DNA of 64,000 nucleotides from Candidatus Bathyarchaeia archaeon (GTDB lineage Archaea; Thermoproteota; Bathyarchaeia; 40CM-2-53-6): the NCBI GenBank assembly GCA_049586635.1, contig JBAVCK010000164.1:11128-75127 (forward strand), written 5' to 3'. This document shows, piece after piece, positions 9,528-19,066 of the stretch. The translations under genes and the position numbers were made by a program. Position 1 is the first letter of the stretch. Every line of letters begins with the position of its first letter. The notes beneath the pieces were generated by a model, which did not search any database, had not been told where the DNA came from, and worked only from the letters and a program-made list of their open reading frames with translations.

Positions 9528-10436
9528 ATGAGAACAGGGTTCTTTCTTCCTCAAATTGGGCCTGTTGCAGGCCCGCGCACAATTGTCAAAGTCGCGAAGC
9601 GTGCAGAGGAATTGGGTTATGATGGGCTCTGGGTAACTGAACGCCTCCTATGGCCTGTGAACCCTCAGACATCGTACTACGGGGGGCCGATTCCTGAAGT
9701 CTACAAACGAGTTTTCGACCCAATTGAAACTTTGACCTTTGCTGCCGCGCACACAAACCGCGTCTCCTTAGGCACGAGCGTTCTCGACATTCCATTCTAT
9801 AATCCAGTTTTGCTCGCCCGACGGTTAACCACACTGGACCAAGTCTCGAATGGAAGGCTAAAGGTCGGGTTCGGCCTCGGTTGGTCGAAGGACGAACATG
9901 ATGCGATAGGCTCATCGCTGAAAGGGCGGGGGAAACGCGCAGACGAATTCTTGAAAGTCCTCAAGGCTATTTGGACAACGGACCCAGCTGAATTTCATGG
10001 AAAATACTTCCAGCTTCCCAAATCCGTAATCCAACCCAAGCCGGTGCAGAAACCACATCCCCCCATTTACATGGCGGCGTTCGCCCCTTTGGCAATGAAA
10101 CGTGCAGCAACTTTCGCCGACGGGTGGATGCCCGTTGGAGTTTCGGTTGACCAGTTGAAGTCGATGTCAGCCCAGATCAAGGACATGATTAAGGGCGCTG
10201 GCCGCGACCCAGCCCACTTCAAAGTAGTAGCTCGATACAACATTGACGTTAGACCCGAACCCATTGGGAAAGAACGAAGCTTCTTTTCCGGCAGCCTAGA
10301 CCAGCTCAAGGAAGACATTCGTGCAGTGAAGGACGCCAAGCCTGACGAATTGATAATTGACCCAACGTTCTCAGCTGACAGCCAAACTGAGGAAGGCTTC
10401 CTGAAAAACCTAGAACAGATCCGCAAAATGATCTGA
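9528..10436 (+). CDS. LLM-class (luciferase-like) F420-dependent oxidoreductase
   Basis: 302 aa; N-terminal FFLPQIGP...AKRAEELGYDGLWVTERL and overall TIM-barrel LLM pattern. Confidence 0.8.
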   Translation: MRTGFFLPQIGPVAGPRTIVKVAKRAEELGYDGLWVTERLLWPVNPQTSYYGGPIPEVYKRVFDPIETLTFAAAHTNRVSLGTSVLDIPFYNPVLLARRLTTLDQVSNGRLKVGFGLGWSKDEHDAIGSSLKGRGKRADEFLKVLKAIWTTDPAEFHGKYFQLPKSVIQPKPVQKPHPPIYMAAFAPLAMKRAATFADGWMPVGVSVDQLKSMSAQIKDMIKGAGRDPAHFKVVARYNIDVRPEPIGKERSFFSGSLDQLKEDIRAVKDAKPDELIIDPTFSADSQTEEGFLKNLEQIRKMI

Positions 10437-10469
10437 TCAAGCGCATAGTCACACTAGCGGGCACTTGAG

Positions 10470-11171
10470 TTGCCGCGGCTTGAATTAGTTGAAGATTTGA
10501 CACAAGCCCCCATCCCCCCGGGAACCAACATCATCGTCGAATTCGACCCCGCATCACAATGGTACAACGCATCCCTCACCATTGCGGCAGGATGGTTGAG
10601 GACCGGTGGTAGTGTTAGCTACATTGCCCAATCCCAGCCACCGGAAGATGTCCGCTCTCAACTCCGACAACTCGGGCTTGCTGTTGATGATCTTGAACAG
10701 AAGGACCGGTTATGGATTACTGACTTCTACGCAGCATCGGTAGGACAGAAATCCAAGGAAAGGTTCGCTCCTGAATCGTTAAGGGTCGCCGACCTGAGCC
10801 TTTGGATAGCAAGAGACGCGATGGTCGAATCAGCTGCTCCTGAATTCCTCGTAATAGCCGATAACAGTTCAGTTCTTGATAGGTTCAACGATGAGAGGAA
10901 CTGGGTCGAATTGTACCTAACCAGGCCCATTCCCATGAGCAAACCGAGACAAATAACCCAACTAATTGGTTTCATGGCAGGAATTCATAGCAACTGGGCG
11001 TACAAGCAACTCGAAGCAGCGGTTGACGGGATCATCGACTTTAAGGTCGAAGAAGTCGCCAGGGAAACACGTGACTTCATGCGAATCAGATCTATGAGAA
11101 AAGTGCGGTTTGACCGAAGATGGCATGAACTCAAGATGTCTGAGAGTTCTGAGGTCACACTTCAGGCATAG
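10470..11171 (+). CDS. KaiC/RecA-superfamily-like protein with degenerate Walker A
   Basis: IPPGTNIIVEFDPASQWYNASLTIAAGWL occupies the place of GxPGxGKT; Walker-B-like FLVIADNSSVL is retained. Confidence 0.45.
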   Translation: MPRLELVEDLTQAPIPPGTNIIVEFDPASQWYNASLTIAAGWLRTGGSVSYIAQSQPPEDVRSQLRQLGLAVDDLEQKDRLWITDFYAASVGQKSKERFAPESLRVADLSLWIARDAMVESAAPEFLVIADNSSVLDRFNDERNWVELYLTRPIPMSKPRQITQLIGFMAGIHSNWAYKQLEAAVDGIIDFKVEEVARETRDFMRIRSMRKVRFDRRWHELKMSESSEVTLQA

Positions 11172-11274
11172 CACTCCGAAAGTGCGTTGTGTGGGTTAAG
11201 TTGCACTTCCGACACATGGGCGGAAGACTTTTACAATTCTGGGGCAAGGCGCCGTCAAGTTCGAGGCATTAACC

Positions 11275-12624
11275 TTGGTAGCGAAGCTCGAAAAACCAAG
11301 AATCGTAGTCACACCACCTGGGCCGAAGGCACGTGAACTTCTCGAGAAGGACGCGAACATTCTATCGCATTCGGTTGTTAGATGGTACCCGCTCGTCGCA
11401 GAATCCGGGTCCGGCTGCTTTGTCAAGGATGTGGACGGGAATGAGTATGTGGACTTCAATTCGGGTTTAGTGGTCCTCAACGTTGGCCATTGCCATCCTC
11501 GAGTTGTTAAAGCGATTAAGGATCAAGCTGAGAAGCTGATTCACTATTCGTGGACCGATTTCTACTACAAGCCAATCGTTGACCTAGCTGAACAACTTAC
11601 TAAAATTACACCTGGAATGTTCCGAAAGAAGGTCTTCTTTTCGAATAGCGGCGCGGAAGCGAACGAGGCCGCGATGAAAATGGCAAGGTGGCACACCCGG
11701 AAACCGCTCTTCTTAGCGTACACGGGCTCATTCCATGGCCGTTCTTTCGCAACAATGAGCCTCACTGCAAGCAAGCCGGTGCAGAGGCGGCACTTCTTCC
11801 CCTTAGGGCAGGAAGTTACCCATGTTCCCTACCCGTATTGTTATCGCTGTCCCTTTAGCCTCACTTATCCTGAATGTAACATGTGGTGCGTAGACTTCAT
11901 CGAAGAGGAGGTCCTCAAGAAGTTTCATCCTCCCGAAGACACGGCTGCCATGTTCGTTGAGGCCATCCAAGGTGAAGGAGGGTACGTGGTCCCACCCGAC
12001 GACTACTTCCAACGCCTCAAGAAAATTCTTGACAAGTACGATATTCTGCTAGTGGATGATGAAATCCAGTCGGGTATGGGGCGGACAGGTAAATGGTTCG
12101 CCATCGAACATTGGGGCGTAACGCCAGACATAGTGAGCGCAGCTAAAGCGGTCGCATCAGGCGTCCCAATCGGCGCAACAATTGCCAAGGAGGAAATAAT
12201 GGACTGGGAGGGAGGTTCACATGCGAACACGTTCGGGGGTAACCCCATAGCATGCGCGGCTGGACTGCAAGTAATCGAGATCATAAAAGAAGAGAAACTG
12301 CTGGAAAATGCAACCCGCCAAGGAACCTATCTGATGAAACGCCTGAAAGAGATGCAACAGAAGTATGATATCATAGGTGACGTGCGGGGCAAGGGGCTGA
12401 TGGTCGGCGTAGAGTTCGTCAAGGACCGGGAAACGAAGGAACCTGCCGCTCAAGAAATTCTTGATATCATGAACAAATGCTTCAAACGCGGCCTAGCAAT
12501 CATAACCGCGGGCAAGTCGACGATGCGTTTTGCCCCGCCGCTAATCATTACACATGAAATAATCGACGCCGGCCTAGAAATATTCGAGGGCGCAGTAAAA
12601 GAGGTAGCAGCACAACTCAAGTAG
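11275..12624 (+). CDS. class-III PLP aminotransferase (4-aminobutyrate/acetylornithine aminotransferase-like)
   Basis: FSNSGAEANEAAMK, DEIQSGMGRTGK, PLP-Lys context DIVSAAKAVASG; TTG start. Confidence 0.85.
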   Translation: MVAKLEKPRIVVTPPGPKARELLEKDANILSHSVVRWYPLVAESGSGCFVKDVDGNEYVDFNSGLVVLNVGHCHPRVVKAIKDQAEKLIHYSWTDFYYKPIVDLAEQLTKITPGMFRKKVFFSNSGAEANEAAMKMARWHTRKPLFLAYTGSFHGRSFATMSLTASKPVQRRHFFPLGQEVTHVPYPYCYRCPFSLTYPECNMWCVDFIEEEVLKKFHPPEDTAAMFVEAIQGEGGYVVPPDDYFQRLKKILDKYDILLVDDEIQSGMGRTGKWFAIEHWGVTPDIVSAAKAVASGVPIGATIAKEEIMDWEGGSHANTFGGNPIACAAGLQVIEIIKEEKLLENATRQGTYLMKRLKEMQQKYDIIGDVRGKGLMVGVEFVKDRETKEPAAQEILDIMNKCFKRGLAIITAGKSTMRFAPPLIITHEIIDAGLEIFEGAVKEVAAQLK

Positions 12625-13022
12625 CTCCCCATTCCTTTTCGGGAGGATAGCTTGGAACATCACAATTTAGGGACGAGATTATGTCCTGACGTATCTGTGA
12701 CTGAAGTTGTTTTGCCAGGACTGACTTGAACTGACTGCGGTATTGGTATCGCATAACCCTTGACTACGCTGAAAGTAACGGTATGTGTGTATCTTCGTTA
12801 GGTTAACATTGAATCTGGACCGAACGAGATTGTGCGACGGGTCAAACTGTCCGACTTTGACACGAGTGAGCTTCGGGCCGTTCAATACAACCAACCAGGT
12901 TCGGGAACGACTTTGACACCTTTGTGGGTGATGAACCGCTACTCCAGCGCGTTTTAGCTTCCTGAAAGTATAGAGAGCGAAAGAGTTAGCTAGTTTTTGT
13001 AGAAAGGTACAGGTAGGAATAA

Positions 13023-13694
13023 ATGATGACCATTCATATGCCGTGGGGGCGCGGCCGAGCAATGAGCAAGCAAGCAATGAGCAGGCAAGTCAAGGTTCTA
13101 GGAAAATTTGTCGAAGCCTCTAAGGACACTATGAGGCGGGGTGGGAAAATCTATGTCTTCTTCATGGGCGCCGAATACTGCCCATACTGTGCCGCTGAGC
13201 GCTGGGCTATAGTTAGGGCGCTCCAGAAATTCGGGCAGTGGGACGGGCTGAAACAGACAATGAGCGCCGCTAGGGACGAACCGTTTCTTAACCTACCAAC
13301 CTATGATTTCACGAAAGCCTCGTACAACAGCCCACACATCGAATTCGCCTCCCGCGAGACCAAGGATAGAGAGTTCAAACCGCTTCAAAAGCTGCTGAAG
13401 ACTGAGGAGAAACTGGTGCGCAAATTCAACTCAAACAAGGAAATTCCATTCTTGCTGATTGGGGGCAGGTTTATGCAGGTTGGTGCGGGGTTCACACCTA
13501 AGATCTTCATAGGCCATACATTTAGGCAAACAGAAACTGAACTGAAGAAGATCGAATCGGAAATAAGAAAAACGATAGATGATGAAGCGAACATAATTTC
13601 GGCGCTGTTATGCGTTTGTGGTCTACCGCCAGAGCTATGCAAGGAGACCAGTCTAGCCGAGTTGGTGGCACAAGCAAACTCCAAGCTAGCATAA
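13023..13694 (+). CDS. DUF929-like thioredoxin-fold protein
   Basis: FFMGAEYCPYCAAERWAIVRALQKFG matches my memory of the DUF929 CPxCAAERW signature; start uncertain (ATGs at 13023/13026, 13062, 13077). Confidence 0.55.
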   Translation: MMTIHMPWGRGRAMSKQAMSRQVKVLGKFVEASKDTMRRGGKIYVFFMGAEYCPYCAAERWAIVRALQKFGQWDGLKQTMSAARDEPFLNLPTYDFTKASYNSPHIEFASRETKDREFKPLQKLLKTEEKLVRKFNSNKEIPFLLIGGRFMQVGAGFTPKIFIGHTFRQTETELKKIESEIRKTIDDEANIISALLCVCGLPPELCKETSLAELVAQANSKLA

Positions 13695-13772
13695 CGAGTC
13701 CTTGGGCTTCTAACAAACATCATAAGCATTATCTACGGTCCAGGACCACGCAGTAACAGGTCTGTATAACAA

Positions 13773-14998
13773 TTGACCATTCAAGTTGAACCTTCAAAAT
13801 TCTTTGTGGACGGAAAATGGACCGCGGGTAACTCGGCGGAAACGTTTGAGCTAAGAAACCCTGCGACGGGGGATGCGATAGGCCACGTACCGAAAGCTAC
13901 GAAGGACGATGTCCGCGAAGCCGTAGAGGCGGCGCGCAAGGCGTTCGAGGCCGCTAGCTGGCGGGACATAGAACAAACGAAACGCGGCAAGCTGCTGATG
14001 CAAGTAGCCGCATTAATGCGTCAGAATTTTGACGAGTTCTCCAAACTTGAGACCCTCAATCAAGGAAAACCTATTCGAGAGTCGAAGGGTGATGTAGCTT
14101 GGACGGTCCGGGCTTTCGAGTACTGGGCTGGAGCTGCGGACAAAATTGAAGGCGAGACGATTCCCGTTACGCCGAATAGGTTAACCTACACGCTCCGAGA
14201 GCCACTCGGCGTGACAGCGCACATCATACCCTGGAATTATCCGCTAGCATTGGCCGCAAGGAGTATTGCTCCAGCGCTCGCCGCGGGAAATACGGTTGTG
14301 GCGAAACCTGCGGAACTAACGCCATTGACTCTGCTTAAAATTGCCGAATACGCGAAGAAATCAGGTCTTCCTGACGGCGTTCTGAACGTCATAACCGGCT
14401 CGGGATCTGTAGCCGGAAGGGAGTTGGTTTCCAACCCAGGAATAGACGGGGTTACATTCACCGGCTCAACAGAAACAGGCCGCCAGATCATGGAAACCGC
14501 AGCGAAAAATGTGACCCCGGTGCTATTGGAGTTAGGCGGCAAGAACCCGAACATAGTTTTCCCTGACGCGGACTTCGAGAAGGCCGTGCAAATGGCAAAG
14601 TACGCGATCTTCACAAACGCAGGACAAATGTGCTGGGCCGGATCTCGCCTTTTCCTTCACGATGAGATATACGAAAAATTCCTCGCCGAACTAAGGAAGC
14701 AAACGGAGCTCATGAAGATTGGGCCTGGCCTTGACGAAAAAACCGAGCTGGGCCCACTAGTTTGGCGAACGATACTCAGTTCGGCCTGTACGCGGGCGTG
14801 TGGACGAATAACTTGAAACTCGCCCAACGGCTTGTTAACCAACTTCAAGCGGGCGTGGTAGCAGTAAACGATTACTTAGTCGCGTACCCCCAGACCCCGT
14901 TTGGCGGTTACAAGGATAGCGGAATAGGGTACGAAAGCGGCCTACAAGCAATCAGCCACTACACACGAATAAAGAGCGTGACCCTAAACGCCTCGTAG
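13773..14998 (+). pseudogene. NAD(P)-dependent aldehyde dehydrogenase, internally deleted and frameshifted
   Basis: ORF 13773-14816 carries LELGGKNP (Glu) and FTNAGQMCWAGSR (Cys) and runs to ELGPLV. The ALDH C-terminus ANDTQFGLYAGVWT...PFGGYKDSGIGYE then continues in another frame (14762-14998). About 80 residues normally lying between GPL and ANDT are missing. Confidence 0.8.
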
Positions 14999-15050
14999 GT
15001 CTTGGGTTACGGGCGTAAGGGGAAAGAACCCATCGTAGCCTAGGGGCGAA

Positions 15051-16265
15051 TCATTGGGCTTCCGGCGCCGGGGCGATCTGAAGCAATTCATGTTTCCGTT
15101 GTTCTAGGAATCCTTCACGTAACCCACGCCTCAGGTAGTAGGCGTTACGTTCCCGTTTCTTCTTGCTGGAGAGCCTGACAACGAACGGCAGCCCAGTAGG
15201 TTTAGCGTTTTCTATCGGGGCAGCTTCGATGACCCTGGCCTTGACGGCGCTGTCGAATAATTTCTGACCCAGTTCCGAACGTACGATAACTGTAGTCCAT
15301 CCATCCGGTGAACCAACCGCCCCCACTGAAATGTCAGCCAGTTCCGCTACGTAGTCGATGCAATAATGGCACGGTTGGCTCATGTATGATTCAAGTTCTT
15401 TGATTTGAACGTCGAGGACGCAGTCTGCTCCAACGTAGACTTTGAACCGGTTCCTCTTCACGACTGTCCTCGTAATTTTCGCAGGGTCTATCCCGTGTTT
15501 GTTCTGGATGAATTCGGTGACAAGTTGATCATGCGTGTATACTTTCGAGCAGAATAGGCCAATTGTTAGAACTGGGCGTCCACCTCTGATCCAAGAGCCG
15601 CCAAATTTCACTGTGGCCTGTAATGATGTGTACATTCGCCAAAGCCCTTGTAGTTCGCAAGGGAGTGCGACTAGGCCAACTCGTCCGTCGGGGTATGATG
15701 CGGCTGCATCGGACAAGACTCCTAACACTCCGCCATGAGTGTATTTCGACCCAGCCGTGCGGATTAGGTCGGCTGCAGTATCACCCACAACCGGCACGGT
15801 CTTGAGTGCCATTCCGTTGCCAAGAACGAAGACTGAGTTGGATTTAGTGAAGTCCGATGTTGCAAAGCAGTTAATCAGCCCAATTTGAAGGGCATGGGTC
15901 ATGAGTGCTATGACGGTGCCGCCATCTTGGCCTGCATGCCATATCTCCTCGTCCAAAGCCCTTGCTGAGTAAATGTTCCTGTAAATGCCCAGTGACTCTT
16001 CTTCGGGCTTCCGGGTTCTGCCGAACAGGTAGTACTCGATTTCGTCTAGCGGAAACTCCAGCCTCGGGCAGCTATAGTAGCAGACTTGGCAAGCAGCACA
16101 AGGCCCTTTGATGACTGGTTCCTCGTTCACATTCACGTTCAGGACATTGATCGGGCAGGAGGCGACGCATGCGCCGCACATCATACAGTGCTTTGCGCGG
16201 ACCACTTCGTTGAATAAGTGGCCCCAAATCTTCGCATTCTTGGGCGGGGACCAGCCGTCAGCCAT
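15051..16265 (-). CDS. coenzyme F420 hydrogenase/dehydrogenase beta-subunit (FrhB) family protein with N-terminal 2x[4Fe-4S] ferredoxin domain
   Basis: CMMCGACVASCP and CAACQVCYYSCP cluster motifs followed by FrhB-like QDGGTVIALMTHALQIGLI... core. Confidence 0.75.
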   Translation of the reverse strand: MADGWSPPKNAKIWGHLFNEVVRAKHCMMCGACVASCPINVLNVNVNEEPVIKGPCAACQVCYYSCPRLEFPLDEIEYYLFGRTRKPEEESLGIYRNIYSARALDEEIWHAGQDGGTVIALMTHALQIGLINCFATSDFTKSNSVFVLGNGMALKTVPVVGDTAADLIRTAGSKYTHGGVLGVLSDAAASYPDGRVGLVALPCELQGLWRMYTSLQATVKFGGSWIRGGRPVLTIGLFCSKVYTHDQLVTEFIQNKHGIDPAKITRTVVKRNRFKVYVGADCVLDVQIKELESYMSQPCHYCIDYVAELADISVGAVGSPDGWTTVIVRSELGQKLFDSAVKARVIEAAPIENAKPTGLPFVVRLSSKKKRERNAYYLRRGLREGFLEQRKHELLQIAPAPEAQ

Positions 16266-16377
16266 CCTTTACACGGCCTGAAATTGTTCCTCGCTAGAAC
16301 AAGCTACGGTATTTGAACACTTCTTCTTTCTTCTGTTCAAAGACAGACTAACAGAAGCTCCTTGGTTGGCTCTTAGG

Positions 16378-16629
16378 TTATTTTCTGCTTCTTTGCCAAA
16401 ATTCAGTCAAAGCGAAAACCCCGACGAACGCGAGGGCTATAATTCCCAGCATGTACCCCGCGACTAGCAGGCAGGTAGCTGTCATGAATAGCGCCAAGCC
16501 CACTGGTTCGCTGACCTGGGGCAATGGCGAAAAGTAGAGAATTGCGAATAATGACGATGCAATTGAGGCGAGACCTGCAAGAAGAATTATGAAGGATTTG
16601 TCCAGCAGCCGTCCAAACTGATTTGCCAT
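16378..16629 (-). CDS. small two-TM membrane protein, hypothetical
   Basis: ORF 16378-16698 trimmed to the internal ATG (MANQFGRLL...) to avoid overlap with the upstream gene; two hydrophobic helices. Confidence 0.4.
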   Translation of the reverse strand: MANQFGRLLDKSFIILLAGLASIASSLFAILYFSPLPQVSEPVGLALFMTATCLLVAGYMLGIIALAFVGVFALTEFWQRSRK

Positions 16630-16657
16630 TCCTTTGTTCGTCCGCTTTATTTCTTGG

Positions 16658-17128
16658 CTATTGTTTCGATGCGGTAACATCCCGTGCGAGTTTTTCACCC
16701 GGCGAGCCTTTCCAGGCTCGCATTGTCTGCCACAGGTTGTATGCGTGTAGGTACAAAGCGAGAACCAGAACGATTAGGGAGCCGACCACGAGGTATCTTA
16801 TGTTGAGGTTGAATGGGATCAAACCTGAAAATGAAACGGTCATCGTGATGATGCCGAGGTTCATCAGCCAGAATTGCGCTTTTGCCATGCGCAAGCTGTG
16901 CAGGAAGGAATGGGCAAATGAAGGAACGAAGAGGTACGATAGCCCGAAAATCATCATTGCAACAAAGCCGTATAGTTGCATGAAATAGAAAGCCGTCATA
17001 TCAAACGGCAACATGTGAGCGAATGTCAGGACAAGTAGTGTTCCGCCGGCAATCAAGTAGAGTAGACTTGCCTTCACATATTTCAAACTCAGTTGCATAA
17101 CCACAGCCGCTATCGGTCCTTGGGCCAA
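16658..17128 (-). CDS. four-TM membrane protein with conserved-looking His residues, hypothetical
   Basis: 156 aa, four hydrophobic helices; His near helix ends (FAHMLPF, FAHSFLHS, LHAYNLW). The segment MQLYGFVAMMIFGLSYLFVP weakly recalls heme-copper-oxidase subunit I helices. Confidence 0.5.
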   Translation of the reverse strand: MAQGPIAAVVMQLSLKYVKASLLYLIAGGTLLVLTFAHMLPFDMTAFYFMQLYGFVAMMIFGLSYLFVPSFAHSFLHSLRMAKAQFWLMNLGIITMTVSFSGLIPFNLNIRYLVVGSLIVLVLALYLHAYNLWQTMRAWKGSPGEKLARDVTASKQ

Positions 17129-17319
17129 AGAACATACCTCACCTTGAGCAAGCCAAGTATTCTTATTGTATTAACCTGACGTCGAACCCTTGAGACGAGC
17201 CGTTCACTTGTCATCTCTGAAGTTCGAACGCATATTCTCGCGTGCGACGAGTATCAACATATGAGTTGACCCGGGTGTCGTTGGTGTCGTAGAGTTAGAG
17301 AATAAGTTCGGCGTGACTA

Positions 17320-17916
17320 TCAAAGAGCAGGCTCTTGTGCCATTCCCGCCAGCTCTCTAGCTTTCTTCACCACGTTCTCATACAATTTTCCGAACCTGCC
17401 GTCGGTTAGGGAGTTCTCCAAGTCCATGAAGTTTGTTAGGTCGATTCCGTAAACGTCTCTATACTCTTCGTGTATGAGGCCGCTATCGAGTGGATGCCGA
17501 TCAAGCATCGCGTATGATGCGGCCTTGTGAAGTATCGTAGCAAAAACCCCGGCCAAGGTGCCTCTCTTGAGCAAGTCTTGGCGTTGTCCCATGAAAGGAC
17601 AATTGGCAAAGATCTTCACGCTGCAGGACTGCCCAGTGCCAAATAGTTTCGCGTAGACCTGCGCTATGGTGTTCGCGAACTGAGAATCCAAGAAAAGCGA
17701 ATTCAGGGTATTCTCAGTCCCTGAAGACTTTGTCAGGCGGTCTTTGGCTTGTTGCAGCACTATCTGAGCCTTCTGGGCTTCGGCAGCCCAGTGGTCCTTG
17801 GACCAGAGGAGGCAGGACCATTCACATCTCTGCTCTACTTCGTCATCGAGGTGCAATTGCTTCATGAAGTCTTCAGAGTACCATTCTGGGCTTCGTGACC
17901 GGTTAATGGGTGGCAA
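17320..17916 (-). CDS. hypothetical protein
   Basis: 198-aa ORF (TTG start; alternative ATG at 17865), no motif I recognise; Cys pairs CEWSC and CSVKIFANC. Confidence 0.4.
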   Translation of the reverse strand: MPPINRSRSPEWYSEDFMKQLHLDDEVEQRCEWSCLLWSKDHWAAEAQKAQIVLQQAKDRLTKSSGTENTLNSLFLDSQFANTIAQVYAKLFGTGQSCSVKIFANCPFMGQRQDLLKRGTLAGVFATILHKAASYAMLDRHPLDSGLIHEEYRDVYGIDLTNFMDLENSLTDGRFGKLYENVVKKARELAGMAQEPAL

Positions 17917-17982
17917 AGGTGGTCATGAGAGCGGGGGCTCGCCGTCTTAAGTAAGGCTTCGAATGGTTTCTGTCTTTGAGTT

Positions 17983-19026
17983 TCAGCGTAAGCCGGATCC
18001 TGTTACTTCACTGAGCGAGCTCAGCTTCGAGCTCTCAAGCATTCGAAGTATGTCTCGATTAATCCTTGAGACGACGCCGGGGCCCTCATAGATTAGCCCA
18101 GTGAGAAGTTGGACTGAAGATGCCCCGGCCTCCAATGCACGCCAGGCGTCAAGGCCCGACGATATGCCACCGCAGGCGTTGATAGGGACCTTTCCACCTG
18201 TGTGCTTGTAAACGTCTGCAACTATTCTGAGCATATCTTGGAGAATTAATGGGCCGCTGAGGCCCCCCGTCCCAATGCTGGCCCGAGGTTCATCGATAAG
18301 TTTCGTGTTAGTTGCGGTGATACCGTCGATAGAAGCCTTCACACACGCGTCAATCAGGTTGTGGACGTTTTCCCGTTGTTTATTGTCAAAGTAGGGTGGA
18401 ATCTTCACCCAAACCGGTTTCTTGCTACTCTTTACCTTACTAATCGCGCTTAGCAGTTTCGTGAGTACATCAGGTTCCTGGAAGATTCTTACGCCAACCG
18501 TGTTCGGAGTGCTAATGTTCAACTCGATTCCGTCTGCCAGAGGTTCAATTTCACGGTAGCATTCAACAAACTCGTCAATGCTTAACCCGGATATGCTAAC
18601 AATGGTCGGCCCTAGGTCGGGATTGCGTTTTGAAAGTTTGGCCGCAATCTCATGCACGCCTTCGTTGGGTAATCCCATTGAGTTGACGAGTGACCTCTCC
18701 GGGTATCGCCACATTCTAGGCTTCGGGTTACCCTCCCGAGGTTTCAGGGTAACCGTACCCAATGTAAGGTATCCAAACCCTATGTGGAAGAGCGCCTCGG
18801 ACATCTCGCAGTTCTTATCGAAACCCGCAGCGAGCCCCACTGGGTTAGGTAATGCGAGGTTCCCAACATTCACTCTTAACTGGTCGTTCCGAACACGCAT
18901 ACGCCAACTCAAGATTTTCCAGATGAGCGGCCGTTTGAAGAACCATTTCGCAATACCGTGGGCCGTTTCAGGGGGTGTTAGAAATAGGGCCGGTTTGACG
19001 ACCGTTTTGTAGAGGCTTAGGCCCAA
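17983..19026 (-). CDS. pyrD: dihydroorotate dehydrogenase, class-2-like (Ser catalytic base)
   Basis: N-terminal extension LYKTVVKPALFLTPPETAHGIA, GLAAGFDKN, ELNISTPNT (Ser in place of the class-1 Cys), GGLSG, ACGGISSG. Confidence 0.85.
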   Translation of the reverse strand: MGLSLYKTVVKPALFLTPPETAHGIAKWFFKRPLIWKILSWRMRVRNDQLRVNVGNLALPNPVGLAAGFDKNCEMSEALFHIGFGYLTLGTVTLKPREGNPKPRMWRYPERSLVNSMGLPNEGVHEIAAKLSKRNPDLGPTIVSISGLSIDEFVECYREIEPLADGIELNISTPNTVGVRIFQEPDVLTKLLSAISKVKSSKKPVWVKIPPYFDNKQRENVHNLIDACVKASIDGITATNTKLIDEPRASIGTGGLSGPLILQDMLRIVADVYKHTGGKVPINACGGISSGLDAWRALEAGASSVQLLTGLIYEGPGVVSRINRDILRMLESSKLSSLSEVTGSGLR

Positions 19027-19066
19027 CGGAGACTACCCGCATTTACAATTAATTGGCTGGACGATC

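Noticed and set aside
12679-13077. 132-aa minus-strand ORF in the 400-nt gap between the aminotransferase and DUF929 genes
   Set aside because: It has no recognisable motif, an odd composition, and overlaps the DUF929 start. I left it unannotated, although the gap itself is unusually long for this window.
14756-14761. SpeI site ACTAGT exactly at the ALDH deletion junction, suggesting engineering
   Set aside because: A single 6-mer is expected by chance many times in 64 kb, and there is no vector or linker sequence around it.
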